Below, in pieces: positions 1-8,428 of a DNA stretch of 32,000 nucleotides. Location of the stretch: the NCBI GenBank assembly GCA_018302085.1, contig JAGWAF010000003.1:7242-39241 (forward strand), in the 5' to 3' direction. Below the pieces are notes generated by a model. That model was given only the letters and a program-made list of their open reading frames with translations, was not told where the DNA came from and did not search any database. The position numbers and the translations under genes are program-made. The DNA is from Candidatus Woesearchaeota archaeon (lineage in GTDB: Archaea > Nanobdellota > Nanobdellia > Woesearchaeales > JAGWAF01). Positions within the stretch are counted from its first letter, which is position 1. Every line of letters starts with the position of its first letter.

Positions 1-1115
1 AGCGCAAGAATACAAGAGCCATAATCCTGCAGACGCTGCTCATTGAGTTCATAAGAAATATTTTCGTTAGTTTGGTACACAGCAAAAAATAATATAAGAA
101 TGGTGATGGGGATTATGAAAACTAATTTTTTTGGCAGTACTCCTTTTTTCTCTCCAAAATCAACATTGTTGTCCCTGATTAAAAACGCGCATGCAATTGT
201 TGTAAATGGAATCCAATATTCCACAAAACGTCTGGATTGATATGTGAAAAAGAGAAAAAACAGGGACATGAGAAGCCACGCGACGCTCTCTTTAGTGAAC
301 ACTACTTTTTTCTTCCCGATTGTGAGAAGAGTAAAAATCAGAACCGCTAAAGTAAACCAGCATGCTGCAAGAAATATCGTTATCGAGGGGAAGGGCAACG
401 CTTCCATGGGCAAATCCGTTAAAGGAGGAAAAACAAAACCACCAAAAACTTGCACATAGTATACTTTGAGGATATTTGGAAAAAATGGGTTGATGAGCAA
501 TCCTAGAAGGGACCCTGTTGTTACTGCAACAAGAGGTTTATACTGAAATTCCTTGCGCAAAAAATAATCAGCCAAAAGATAACATAAAGCAAAAACAATC
601 AAGAGGGGGAAACCACTGTAGAGCCATGCGTAAAAAAATGCGATGATTGCGAGGGCTTTGAAATTATTTTTTGAAAAGAAATATGCTGCTAAGATTAACA
701 TCGCTAATGAAAGCATATACACTCGCACCGCGGTTAAACGGAATAAAAGAATATAGCTGCCCGCGAGGATGAAGAGAATCCACATTTCAGGAGAAGGAAT
801 ATTTTGTTTTTTTAAATACCATAATATCAAGGTAAACGTTAATGCTGCAAAAAGAATGATTGCGAGTTTTGCGCCTATGATGGGGTGGAAAACCGTAAAA
901 GGAACAAGCAGGATATGAAATAGCCAGTGAATATCAACGTGTTCAAGAATGCTTTCTGTAAACCAGAAAGGTTCGATGGAATGAGCTTTTCTTACGATCT
1001 CGGAAACTGCGACGTGATAGTAACTGTCCGCGCCGATCAAATGAGATGTAAAGAATTGCAGAAATGCGAAAAAAATGAAAAAAATGCCAAAGGCAATGAT
1101 GTAGTATCGCTTCAT
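1..1115 (-). CDS. Polytopic membrane protein, C-terminus cut by window edge; possibly a GT-C-type glycosyltransferase (STT3/AglB- or PMT/ArnT-like)
   Basis: Absent from the ORF track because there is no stop in the window. Hand translation of the minus strand from the ATG at 1115-1113 (MKRYYIIAFGIFFIFFAFLQFFTSHLIGADSYYHVAVSEIV...YQSRRFVEYWIPF...) stays open to position 1. Many hydrophobic segments. The start lies 2 nt after the stop of the upstream gene (1117). Confidence 0.6.
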   Translation of the reverse strand, partial: MKRYYIIAFGIFFIFFAFLQFFTSHLIGADSYYHVAVSEIVRKAHSIEPFWFTESILEHVDIHWLFHILLVPFTVFHPIIGAKLAIILFAALTFTLILWYLKKQNIPSPEMWILFILAGSYILLFRLTAVRVYMLSLAMLILAAYFFSKNNFKALAIIAFFYAWLYSGFPLLIVFALCYLLADYFLRKEFQYKPLVAVTTGSLLGLLINPFFPNILKVYYVQVFGGFVFPPLTDLPMEALPFPSITIFLAACWFTLAVLIFTLLTIGKKKVVFTKESVAWLLMSLFFLFFTYQSRRFVEYWIPFTTIACAFLIRDNNVDFGEKKGVLPKKLVFIIPITILILFFAVYQTNENISYELNEQRLQDYGSCILA

Positions 1116-1116
1116 C

Positions 1117-1950
1117 TTAATAACCCACGGGGGGTGTTACATCTTGTTCCGCATAAGTGTTGGTGTCATATTGATCAAAATTATATGTCAGTTCGCCTTC
1201 GTTCGTTTCAATAACAATCTTTAAAGGCAACCCAAAATACTCATCAATATAGAAACGCACCTCATCCCAGGAATCAGGCTGATCAGTCAAACGTGTTGAA
1301 AGTACAATTGCAGTTCTGCCGTCCATCTGTTCAGATCCTACACGCTGGGATTCTACAATTTTTTTCATCCATTGATAAGAGGTTAACCTGTATAAATCTT
1401 TGTACTTTACTTCAAATTTCTGTCCTTCGCGATCGCGGCAGAGGAAAGAATCACGCCTAAAACAGTACCCTACCGCCTCCTTTGTTTTTATGTTTAGATA
1501 TACATCACTGATGCCAGATGCTAAATTCACTGCGTTTTCACCTAGCATAATCCTGATGTTATCACCCATCACCATAAACTTATCAGAACCTTGATTGTAG
1601 GGTGGTTCACGATAAATATAGGAGAAACTTTTTACTTTCAGATCTGCTTTTTGTAAAACTTCTCTTGACTTACTGTCAATTTGGATGGATGACTGTTCGG
1701 CAGGAACTGTTGGGGAAGGTTGTGTTGTTACGGAAGTGACTGGTGTCGATGGAGTGGGTGAAGTTGGTTGTGTTGGAGCAGGTTGTGGTGGCTGCTGGGA
1801 AGCAGGTTGGGTCGGGGCAGAGGCTGTTGGCTCCACTTTTACTTCTTTAACTGACTTATTTTCTTCAATTTTGAAAAGTTTTTCTGGAGCTTTACTACCA
1901 CAAGCTACAATGAACAACATGAGAACAATAATACTAAAGATTTTTTTCAT
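1117..1950 (-). CDS. Secreted lipoprotein with a Pro/Thr/Ser/Gln-rich linker and a LolA-like/DUF4367-like C-terminal domain (function unknown)
   Basis: N-terminus MKKIFSIIVLMLFIVACGS (signal peptide plus lipobox Cys). Low-complexity PTQPASQQPPQPAPTQPTSPTP linker. C-terminal pattern ...MDGRTAIVL...VRFYIDEYFGLPLKIVIE... resembles lipoprotein-carrier-like folds. Confidence 0.65.
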   Translation of the reverse strand: MKKIFSIIVLMLFIVACGSKAPEKLFKIEENKSVKEVKVEPTASAPTQPASQQPPQPAPTQPTSPTPSTPVTSVTTQPSPTVPAEQSSIQIDSKSREVLQKADLKVKSFSYIYREPPYNQGSDKFMVMGDNIRIMLGENAVNLASGISDVYLNIKTKEAVGYCFRRDSFLCRDREGQKFEVKYKDLYRLTSYQWMKKIVESQRVGSEQMDGRTAIVLSTRLTDQPDSWDEVRFYIDEYFGLPLKIVIETNEGELTYNFDQYDTNTYAEQDVTPPVGY

Positions 1951-2022
1951 GTGAGAAAGAATCGTATTGAGGTATAAAAGGTTTGTTGTTTTGTGGCGAG
2001 GACTTATTCAAAAATTGCTGAA

Positions 2023-2059
2023 GAGAAGTTTGAGTATTTCTAATTATTTCAAACTTCTC
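2023..2059. repeat. Hairpin repeat: 11-bp perfect stem gagaagtttga/tcaaacttctc with a 15-nt loop
   Basis: Read directly: 2023-2033 is the reverse complement of 2049-2059. The same arms recur at 2362-2423 and 16791-16919. Confidence 0.8.
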
Positions 2060-2085
2060 CGAACTTAAAAAAATATCAAAACGAA

Positions 2086-2286
2086 TTATCTCGGGGCCAG
2101 CTCTTGGTCAGGATTTGCGTGACGCATGGCAATCATAGAAGCAACGAACATACAGAAAAAGACGGTTGCGAAGGCAACTGCCCAGGTTTCAGAATAATCC
2201 CAGACGTAGCTTAAGGAGATAATTAAACCAAGCATTGCAGTGATCATAAATGAGGTATGCAAAGGAGCATAATACATGCAAGTCAC
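2086..2286 (-). CDS. Small two-TM membrane protein, unknown function
   Basis: 66-aa ORF with two hydrophobic helices (FMITAMLGLIISLSYVW, AVAFATVFFCMFVASMIAM). GC is visibly higher than the neighbours. Flanked on both sides by the hairpin repeats. Confidence 0.45.
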   Translation of the reverse strand: MTCMYYAPLHTSFMITAMLGLIISLSYVWDYSETWAVAFATVFFCMFVASMIAMRHANPDQELAPR

Positions 2287-2361
2287 CTCTTTTTTCTATC
2301 TCAGACTTGGGGATATATAAATGTTCTTACGACGGCTTCTGCGAAAACGAGAATTTCTAAA

Positions 2362-2423
2362 GAGAAGTTTGAATAATCTCTTAATTTGCCGAGAAGTTTG
2401 CAAAGTTCTCTGTTCAAACTTCT
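2362..2423. repeat. Compound hairpin repeat of the same family: two forward arms, one variant arm, one reverse arm
   Basis: gagaagtttga (2362-2372), gagaagtttg (2391-2400), variant caaagttctc (2401-2410), tcaaacttct (2414-2423). Either forward arm can pair with the single reverse arm. Confidence 0.7.
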
Positions 2424-2478
2424 GGCAGATTACTTTGAAACATCATTAAAAAATGGGGGTTTTCAAAGTTCTCTAAAA

Positions 2479-3570
2479 TTAATGAAATGTAATGAAGTGC
2501 AGCTTATCAATGTGCTTTCTTGCTTTTTCCAGATTTTTTGTGAACGTGTCCATAAAGTGTTCCATCTTTTCGCAGGCGAGACTTTTAATTTCCCCGGAGG
2601 TCATTTTTCCAGACTTGTACTCCTCATAGATCTTTTGCAACTCCTTATCGTCCTCAACAAGATGTTGTTTTAGCAAATCAAAGACCATGCATTTTTCAAC
2701 TACCGCGCCTAATTTTCGATGTTGTTCAAGAGTGTCCCTTCCCCCAGTTAGTGCACGCATAATTTTGCGCTTTACAGTGGCAATATCCTCAGGAAGCTCG
2801 ATCATGCTCTCGGGATTTGATTTCGACATCTTCAAACCACCGTCAAGGGATCGGGTATATTTATGATACAAACCTGCCAATGGCATGAAACTGTGACTGG
2901 ACTTTGTCCTGCTGATAATGTCTCTTGCCAAACGAATGTGAGGATCTTGATCAGGACCCACAGGGATGATGCCGGGCATTGATTTTTCCAACTGAGGGAA
3001 GAGCATGTCCCCTACTTGAGTTACCGCGGCCATAATCCTGCCAGGATCTGCACTTCCATACACAGACCTAAACTCATTCAAGGTAATCTTCTTAGAAAAT
3101 TCGTATGCCAACTGAATTACTTTTTTATTTTCGGATTGAAAATAAAAGGTTGTCTTCTTTGGATCTAGACCAAGGGCGATGTAAGCTGGAATGTAAAACT
3201 GTTTTGCACGCTCTCGCGCTTCTTCGAGAGTAACCCCCCTTGTTGACGCACTTTCCAGATCTGCTACAAGAATAAAAGTATGTGTTGCGCCATGCTCCTG
3301 AAAATATTTTAAGTTCTCAACGACCATCTTGCTCCCGAAATGAATCCTCTCTGAAGAAGGCATGATACCACTGAGAGCGTAGTAGGGCTTTTTGTTTTTG
3401 ATGCAATCAGCAATAATTTTGAGATCCCTGCCTGCAAACACTATATTTCTCCTCATTAATCTGTTAGGATCTGGAAATAAGGAAGGGTCGAAGGTTTCCA
3501 AACCAAAATCCTGAATGAGGGAAATGTAATCCTCAGGCAGATCTTGGCCCCATGGATCAATAATTTTCAT
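2479..3570 (-). CDS. trpS: Tryptophanyl-tRNA synthetase (archaeal/eukaryotic type)
   Basis: Class I motifs IHFGS (HIGH-like) and KMSKS. C-terminal TGGRDTLEQHRKLGAVVEKCMVF...EDDKEL...YKSGKMTSGEIK matches the archaeal TrpRS pattern. Confidence 0.8.
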   Translation of the reverse strand: MKIIDPWGQDLPEDYISLIQDFGLETFDPSLFPDPNRLMRRNIVFAGRDLKIIADCIKNKKPYYALSGIMPSSERIHFGSKMVVENLKYFQEHGATHTFILVADLESASTRGVTLEEARERAKQFYIPAYIALGLDPKKTTFYFQSENKKVIQLAYEFSKKITLNEFRSVYGSADPGRIMAAVTQVGDMLFPQLEKSMPGIIPVGPDQDPHIRLARDIISRTKSSHSFMPLAGLYHKYTRSLDGGLKMSKSNPESMIELPEDIATVKRKIMRALTGGRDTLEQHRKLGAVVEKCMVFDLLKQHLVEDDKELQKIYEEYKSGKMTSGEIKSLACEKMEHFMDTFTKNLEKARKHIDKLHFITFH

Positions 3571-3627
3571 AGTTTTTCCTCGTAATCTTTCTCATAATCT
3601 TTCCTTATAATTTTGTTTATTTAAACG

Positions 3628-4080
3628 TTAGGATTTCAATAAGGTATCTACAACCTTTAACGCATTTTCCCTTGAAGCTGGAAAGGCAGCGATATGCATC
3701 TTGATGTGAAAACAGTTCCCCCCATCGATGACGAAATATTCTTTATGGTCCATGAGATGATCTTTGTCAAGACGAATAAAGAAAAAATTTTCATCATCCA
3801 AACGCGACTCTTTCTGACGCAAAAGCATCTCCTTTTGTTCGCTACTTAATTTGGATAAAAATTGATCAAGAAAAGATTTAACGTGACGCTCTTTTTCAAG
3901 CACGACTTCCAGTATTTTGATAGGAACTTCATGGAAACCTACCACATTTCTTTCATTGAGTGAAATTTTTTCGTCTTCTAAACTAAAAGGAACGAGGGAG
4001 AGAAATGCAGCTTTATTTTTTTGATAATCTTCCTCCTGCTTAATAAAAACAGTGATGCGGACATTATGCACATACTTCAT
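3628..4080 (-). CDS. Conserved archaeal small protein, possibly COG1931/DUF54-type RNA-binding (exosome-associated) protein
   Basis: 150 aa. The N-terminus VHNVRITVFIKQEEDYQK... resembles the 'V.V.VF.HPTEDEEKV' start of that family. Assigned from memory of the family only. Confidence 0.4.
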   Translation of the reverse strand: MKYVHNVRITVFIKQEEDYQKNKAAFLSLVPFSLEDEKISLNERNVVGFHEVPIKILEVVLEKERHVKSFLDQFLSKLSSEQKEMLLRQKESRLDDENFFFIRLDKDHLMDHKEYFVIDGGNCFHIKMHIAAFPASRENALKVVDTLLKS

Positions 4081-4128
4081 GCGCTGAAGAAACCAAAATC
4101 ATTTAAATACGTTTTCTTTTGGTATGAC

Positions 4129-5019
4129 ATGAAGCACACCATCACGGTCACTTTGCTGCTGCTCGGGCTTTTCTTTTTCGCACAACTGATAGGGCTTTTT
4201 GTCGTGCATGCGTACATTAACCAAGAAGAAACTCAGAAAACCGGGAATTTGACGTGGAATCCCGCACCTCAGATTTTGGGAGTGCAATTGGAGAGACCAG
4301 ACATCGATCCGGCATACTCGGTTCCCTATATCTTGAGCGGGGTATTGATAGGAACCCTCATCGTGCTGATTTTGATTAGGTATAGGAAAGTTTCAGTTTG
4401 GAAAACATGGTTTTACATCGCCGTTGTGATTTGTCTTACCTACGCCTTCGGAGCATTTACATTTATCCCTGGATTGATTGCACTAATTATTTCATTGTTG
4501 CTAGGGTATTTCAAAGTGTTTAAGCCCAATGTGTACGTGCACAACTTTACCGAACTCTTTTTGTATGCGGGCATGGCCAGCATTTTTGTTCCCGTCATAA
4601 ACTTACTTTCTATCATCATTCTTCTACTGCTCATTTCGGCATATGATTTTTATGCGGTGTACAAAAGCAAGCATATGATCACAATGGCAAAGTTTCAGAG
4701 CGAAGCGAAAGTATTTGCGGGATTATTTATTCCTTATGAAAAAATTCACATTGAGGACGTTACTCGAATGGGAGTCAATAAAAAAGTACGACACGCGATT
4801 CTAGGAGGGGGAGACATTGCATTTCCACTCTTATTTGCAGGGGTTATTTTGAAAGACTATGGATTTTTACTTTCGTTAATTGTTCCAATTTTTACAACGC
4901 TCGCTCTTTCCTGGCTCTTGTTTAATGGGGAGAAAGAAAAATTTTATCCTGCGATGCCCATTATTTCAGTTGGATGCTTTTTAGGATGGGGAGTTGTGTG
5001 GTTAATAAACATAATTTGA
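4129..5019 (+). CDS. Presenilin/signal-peptide-peptidase family intramembrane aspartyl protease (A22)
   Basis: Multi-TM protein with the catalytic YD (SAYDFYAV), GxGD (LGGGDIAFP) and PAL-like (YPAMPI) motifs. Start moved to the ATG at 4129, because the track's 4021 start overlaps the divergent gene 3628-4080. Confidence 0.75.
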   Translation: MKHTITVTLLLLGLFFFAQLIGLFVVHAYINQEETQKTGNLTWNPAPQILGVQLERPDIDPAYSVPYILSGVLIGTLIVLILIRYRKVSVWKTWFYIAVVICLTYAFGAFTFIPGLIALIISLLLGYFKVFKPNVYVHNFTELFLYAGMASIFVPVINLLSIIILLLLISAYDFYAVYKSKHMITMAKFQSEAKVFAGLFIPYEKIHIEDVTRMGVNKKVRHAILGGGDIAFPLLFAGVILKDYGFLLSLIVPIFTTLALSWLLFNGEKEKFYPAMPIISVGCFLGWGVVWLINII

Positions 5020-5171
5020 ATTGAAGAGACATTTTCTGACGCTTGTGTTTATACGTTCCTGATACTTTTACCCGCTACAATTAATTTTTAAAATGTAAAG
5101 GGTAAATGGGGATGGTAAATAAAAAAACGGAAAAAAGAATCATATAAAAAAAAATTCTAAAAAAATCAAAC

Positions 5172-5987
5172 CTATTCAAAATTGGTTAAGCGTTTCTGCT
5201 TGCTAATTGCAGCGTAAGAATCGGGAGTTAATTCAAAGCCATCCTCCGCAGCAATCACTTGCACGTTCGTTTGTTTTTGAATTTCCCTGGCCTGGTAAAC
5301 TGGATTTTCTTTCATCATCCTAGGACCGAAATGAGTAATAACACACAACACAGGCTTTACTTTCTGCAAAATTTTAACAGCGTCATCACTCGAAAGACCC
5401 TCCTCTTCCTTCGCTCCAAAGGGATGTTGCACATTTAAGATAAGAATATCAGACTTGTCGTAGGCTTCCAACAAATCTTTATGGTATTTTGTGTCACCGC
5501 TGTAGGAGATAATCGCCTCAGGAGTGTACAGTTTGAAACCTAATGCATGAGAATCTGAGTGAAATGCTGGCAGGGCATGGATTTCCACTTCATCTATTGC
5601 CACCTTTTGAGAAGGTTTCAGAACAATGAGGCGTTCTACAAAATTACGATGCGCGTGCGTGAGTACAGGAGTTAATTTTCCATCACCATTCACAACCGTT
5701 TCATTTGTAATCAGAATTCCATGTCTGTCAAATCCTTGATAGGACATTGCACCCAGCATGACATTTAAGTCGTTACAATGATTCAGGTGAGCATGAGTAA
5801 CGGCAACAGCAGTGTGTTCCTTCACGTTGATTTTGTAATTGTTTAGTTGAAGCAATGCTCCAGGACCCGGGTCAAGATGAACTTGGTAACCTTCGCCTTG
5901 GAGAAGAATACCTCCGGAAGCACGCACTTGCGTTCCATAAATAGCATGATGCCCGGCCGTGCCTAAAAACAAAATTCGCGATCCCAT
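5172..5987 (-). CDS. Metallo-beta-lactamase-fold hydrolase
   Basis: LFLGTAG..., HxHxxH-type motif THAHLNHCND, later conserved His/Asp (FHSDSH, ITHFG). Confidence 0.7.
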   Translation of the reverse strand: MGSRILFLGTAGHHAIYGTQVRASGGILLQGEGYQVHLDPGPGALLQLNNYKINVKEHTAVAVTHAHLNHCNDLNVMLGAMSYQGFDRHGILITNETVVNGDGKLTPVLTHAHRNFVERLIVLKPSQKVAIDEVEIHALPAFHSDSHALGFKLYTPEAIISYSGDTKYHKDLLEAYDKSDILILNVQHPFGAKEEEGLSSDDAVKILQKVKPVLCVITHFGPRMMKENPVYQAREIQKQTNVQVIAAEDGFELTPDSYAAISKQKRLTNFE

Positions 5988-6041
5988 ACTTCTTGGAAAT
6001 ACGTTCTGCTTAATAATGTTTTCGGACGCGCATACCTAAAA

Positions 6042-6166
6042 GGGGTCAGCGGCATAAGGTCGAGCGATTTGACAAAAAAAATAGACAGAGCGGAGGGGGA
6101 AGCCCCATCGGGGATACCGCGTTACAATAAATGAAAAGAATAATTTCGCGAGAAGCCGCTAACCCC
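6042..6166 (+). ncRNA. Candidate structured ncRNA of unknown class, immediately upstream of SRP RNA
   Basis: 12-bp terminal stem ggggtcagcggc (6042-6053) / gccgctaacccc (6155-6166) with one C-A mismatch. GC-rich core gcggagggggaagccccatcggggataccgc with mutually exclusive GGGG/CCCC pairings. TATA-like ttaataat at 6011-6018. T5 run at 6175-6179. No ORF. Confidence 0.35.
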
Positions 6167-6204
6167 AGAGAACCTTTTTAAATGAGCAATGTTTAGGATA
6201 GCAT

Positions 6205-6477
6205 GGACAGGCTAGGCCGGGAGGTTAGCACTCTCCTGTCACCCCCAACGTGCTTCAGCGGGGGTCGAAGCTTGGAAGGCGATTGCCTAAGGTGAGGGTA
6301 GTCTTGCTTTGGACAACGACGATCTGTCCTGCTTGATCGACCTTTGTGAGAACCACGTCAGGGCAGGAATGCAGCAGCGTTCATCACGATGATTGATGTT
6401 TGCAGGGTTGCGGATCCGAGGAAGAAGCGAGGGAACTTCCTTACTGTTATGCACTCCACTTTCGAGCGCGCCTGTCC
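6205..6477 (+). ncRNA. ffs: Signal recognition particle RNA (archaeal 7S RNA)
   Basis: Domain IV motif gtcagggcaggaatgcagcagc (compare GUCAGGUCCGGAAGGAAGCAGC). The 5' Alu-like region is ggccgggaggttagcactctcctgtcaccccc. 5' ggacaggc pairs with 3' gcctgtcc. TATA ttttaaat lies about 24 nt upstream. Ends are approximate. Confidence 0.8.
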
Positions 6478-6479
6478 GC

Positions 6480-6496
6480 TTTTCTTTATTTTTTTG
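6480..6496 (+). terminator. T-rich archaeal terminator after SRP RNA
   Basis: ttttctttattttttt directly follows the 3' closing helix. Confidence 0.4.
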
Positions 6497-6533
6497 CTAT
6501 GATATTATATATCAGTAATTGTTATTTTTATTT

Positions 6534-6890
6534 ATGATCGTCAGAAGAGCAATGGTGCGAGATATATCTCAACTCAAACATTTAAGATTAGCATTATTTT
6601 CAAAATGGGGTGAAATTGATCCTGCGGATAAAATTGAAAAGCAATGGTTTCTATCCTCAAAACATGACAGTATTTTAAAAAAAATGATAGGGAATCAAGG
6701 CACAATGCTGCTTGTTGCAGAAGATGGGAAAAAACTTATTGGATACAATCTTAAAACCGTGGAGTGGTTTCGGAGAAAAAAATTAAAATGGAGTTTTGTT
6801 TCAACCCACAGTCAAGATACTGAAGCCATACAGTTTTGGGAGAAAATAAATTATCGGGAATTTAATAAAACGTTTAAGATGAAATTATGA
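6534..6890 (+). CDS. GNAT-like acetyltransferase remnant; the central acetyl-CoA-binding segment appears to be missing
   Basis: N-terminus MIVRRAMVRDISQLKHL and C-terminus ...DTEAIQFWEKINYREF fit the GNAT ends, but no Q/RxxGxG/A loop is visible. Start taken at the ATG at 6534 rather than the TTG at 6519. Confidence 0.4.
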   Translation: MIVRRAMVRDISQLKHLRLALFSKWGEIDPADKIEKQWFLSSKHDSILKKMIGNQGTMLLVAEDGKKLIGYNLKTVEWFRRKKLKWSFVSTHSQDTEAIQFWEKINYREFNKTFKMKL

Positions 6891-7642
6891 AAAAAATATC
6901 TTTCAAAAACGGGAAAGGATTAACACTGCGGGGGTACATCTTTACTCCGAAAAAATATGACACCGCGGTTGTTTTCCTGCATGGCTTTCCTAGTGATTGC
7001 AGAGGAGGAACTGGAAAAAGAATAGGCCCATCGCTCATGAAGAAAGGGTATTTGGTGTTAACTTTTGATTTTAGCGGCACGAAAACATCTGAAGGAAAAT
7101 TTGAAGATAAGCTGATGAGCAAAGAAGTGAAGGATGTTCACTATGCCATAGATTTTCTTTTTAGAAATTATTGTTTTAAAAAATTAGTTTTGATTGGACA
7201 CTCTACAGGGGCAATTGACGCATCGCTTTATGCGTATAAGGACAAAAGAATTGATAAATTGATTTTATTGGGGGCAGTGAGTGATCTTAAACATTCCGCA
7301 AGGTATGATTTTAACGATGAACAAGTCCGCGATTTTTGGACCAAAGGGTATATTATTTACAAACGTGGAAAGAAATGGGTGAAAAATAAAAAATTGAAAA
7401 AAGCTTTTTACGACGAATTCTTTACGCTTGACATTCCGAAAGCGATGAAGAAGTATAGACGACCTTTGCTGATTATCCATGGAGAAAAAGATGAAGCCAT
7501 TCCTGTTAATGATCCTCAGGCGTTATACGCTCTGGCGCGCCGTCCGAAAAAATTGGTTATTGTTAGAGATGCTGATCATAGTTTTCGCAACCCACGGCAC
7601 TGGAAAAAAGTTGTTGACGCGATGATGAGATTTATGAAATAA
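6887..7642 (+). CDS. Alpha/beta-fold hydrolase
   Basis: VVFLHGF..., nucleophile elbow GHSTGA, late LLIIHGEKDE and DADHSF (Ser-Asp-His triad pattern). ATGA overlap with the upstream ORF. Confidence 0.75.
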   Translation: MKKISFKNGKGLTLRGYIFTPKKYDTAVVFLHGFPSDCRGGTGKRIGPSLMKKGYLVLTFDFSGTKTSEGKFEDKLMSKEVKDVHYAIDFLFRNYCFKKLVLIGHSTGAIDASLYAYKDKRIDKLILLGAVSDLKHSARYDFNDEQVRDFWTKGYIIYKRGKKWVKNKKLKKAFYDEFFTLDIPKAMKKYRRPLLIIHGEKDEAIPVNDPQALYALARRPKKLVIVRDADHSFRNPRHWKKVVDAMMRFMK

Positions 7643-7690
7643 TATTTCTTAAAAAGAAACAATTAAATAAGCCAAAAAAATTCTTATGAT

Positions 7691-8428
7691 ATGTTCTTCT
7701 GGAAAAAAGACACGGCGAAAGAGATTAGAGATGATCTTAAGAAAATAAGAAACAAGGTAGGGCGACTCGAGAGTTTTACGAAACAGATAGAACAAACCGG
7801 TGCCATCATTCAGAGCATCAAATCAAAGATTGACCGCGTAGAACATGAAATTCTTCAAAGAGCAACAGAAGAAAAGGCAAAGCCATGGATTGACGCGCGA
7901 TTTGATCCGCAAATTGATCAATTGGCACAGCAAGAAATTCAAGAATTAAACAAACTCAAACAAAACCTTGGCAGTTACGCTGAAGAAACTCAACAACTCA
8001 AAACTGCACAAGATTTGAATGCATTAATTGATTTGTTAGAACAAGAAGAAACTACAATCCAAACACGGGATGAACAAATCCTAAAACAAATTGAAACGTG
8101 GGAAAGGGAAACGATTAGAGAAAGACTCTCGAGGCCATCGGACGAAGCACCATCATTGCGTACGGTTGATGGCGTTCCCTGGAAAAATATTGTTACAGTA
8201 GCACGCCAGCTCGGGGGTTGGTTTAAAAGAATAAAGGGAGAACATGAAGGGAAGATCCTTTTTCCAGGAGCTGGTAGACCTACTCTCGTATCGGCCGATA
8301 TTGGCGCCACGCGTATTGCAAAACAATTCAGAGAACAGCTTGTTTATTCAATGCCAGGACATAAAATTCCAAATGCGAAAAAACTACGCGATGCACTCAC
8401 GGCTGGCGACATTTATCTTGCCGCATGA
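7691..8428 (+). CDS. Coiled-coil protein with a small C-terminal globular domain, unknown function
   Basis: About 150 aa of heptad-like Q/E/K-rich sequence. The C-terminus is ...VARQLGGWFKRIKGEHEGKILFPGAGRPTLV..., weakly HicA/YcfA-like in pattern. Confidence 0.5.
   Translation: MFFWKKDTAKEIRDDLKKIRNKVGRLESFTKQIEQTGAIIQSIKSKIDRVEHEILQRATEEKAKPWIDARFDPQIDQLAQQEIQELNKLKQNLGSYAEETQQLKTAQDLNALIDLLEQEETTIQTRDEQILKQIETWERETIRERLSRPSDEAPSLRTVDGVPWKNIVTVARQLGGWFKRIKGEHEGKILFPGAGRPTLVSADIGATRIAKQFREQLVYSMPGHKIPNAKKLRDALTAGDIYLAA

Noticed and set aside
244-1214. Plus-strand ORFs 244-459 and 927-1214
   Set aside because: They lie antisense to the continuous 371-codon minus-strand membrane-protein frame (1-1115).
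2018-2066. CUGAAGA next to the 2023-2059 hairpin as a hammerhead ribozyme core
   Set aside because: The stem is not followed by the required GAAA (the sequence is ccgaac), and no stem I or III partners can be drawn.
2386-2673. ORF 2386-2673 (+)
   Set aside because: It starts inside the hairpin repeat and runs antisense into the trpS 3' end. It has no coding signature.
4021-4128. TTG start at 4021 for the presenilin-like gene
   Set aside because: It overlaps the divergent gene 3628-4080 and adds a non-hydrophobic, non-conserved leader. ATG 4129 begins directly with the first TM helix.
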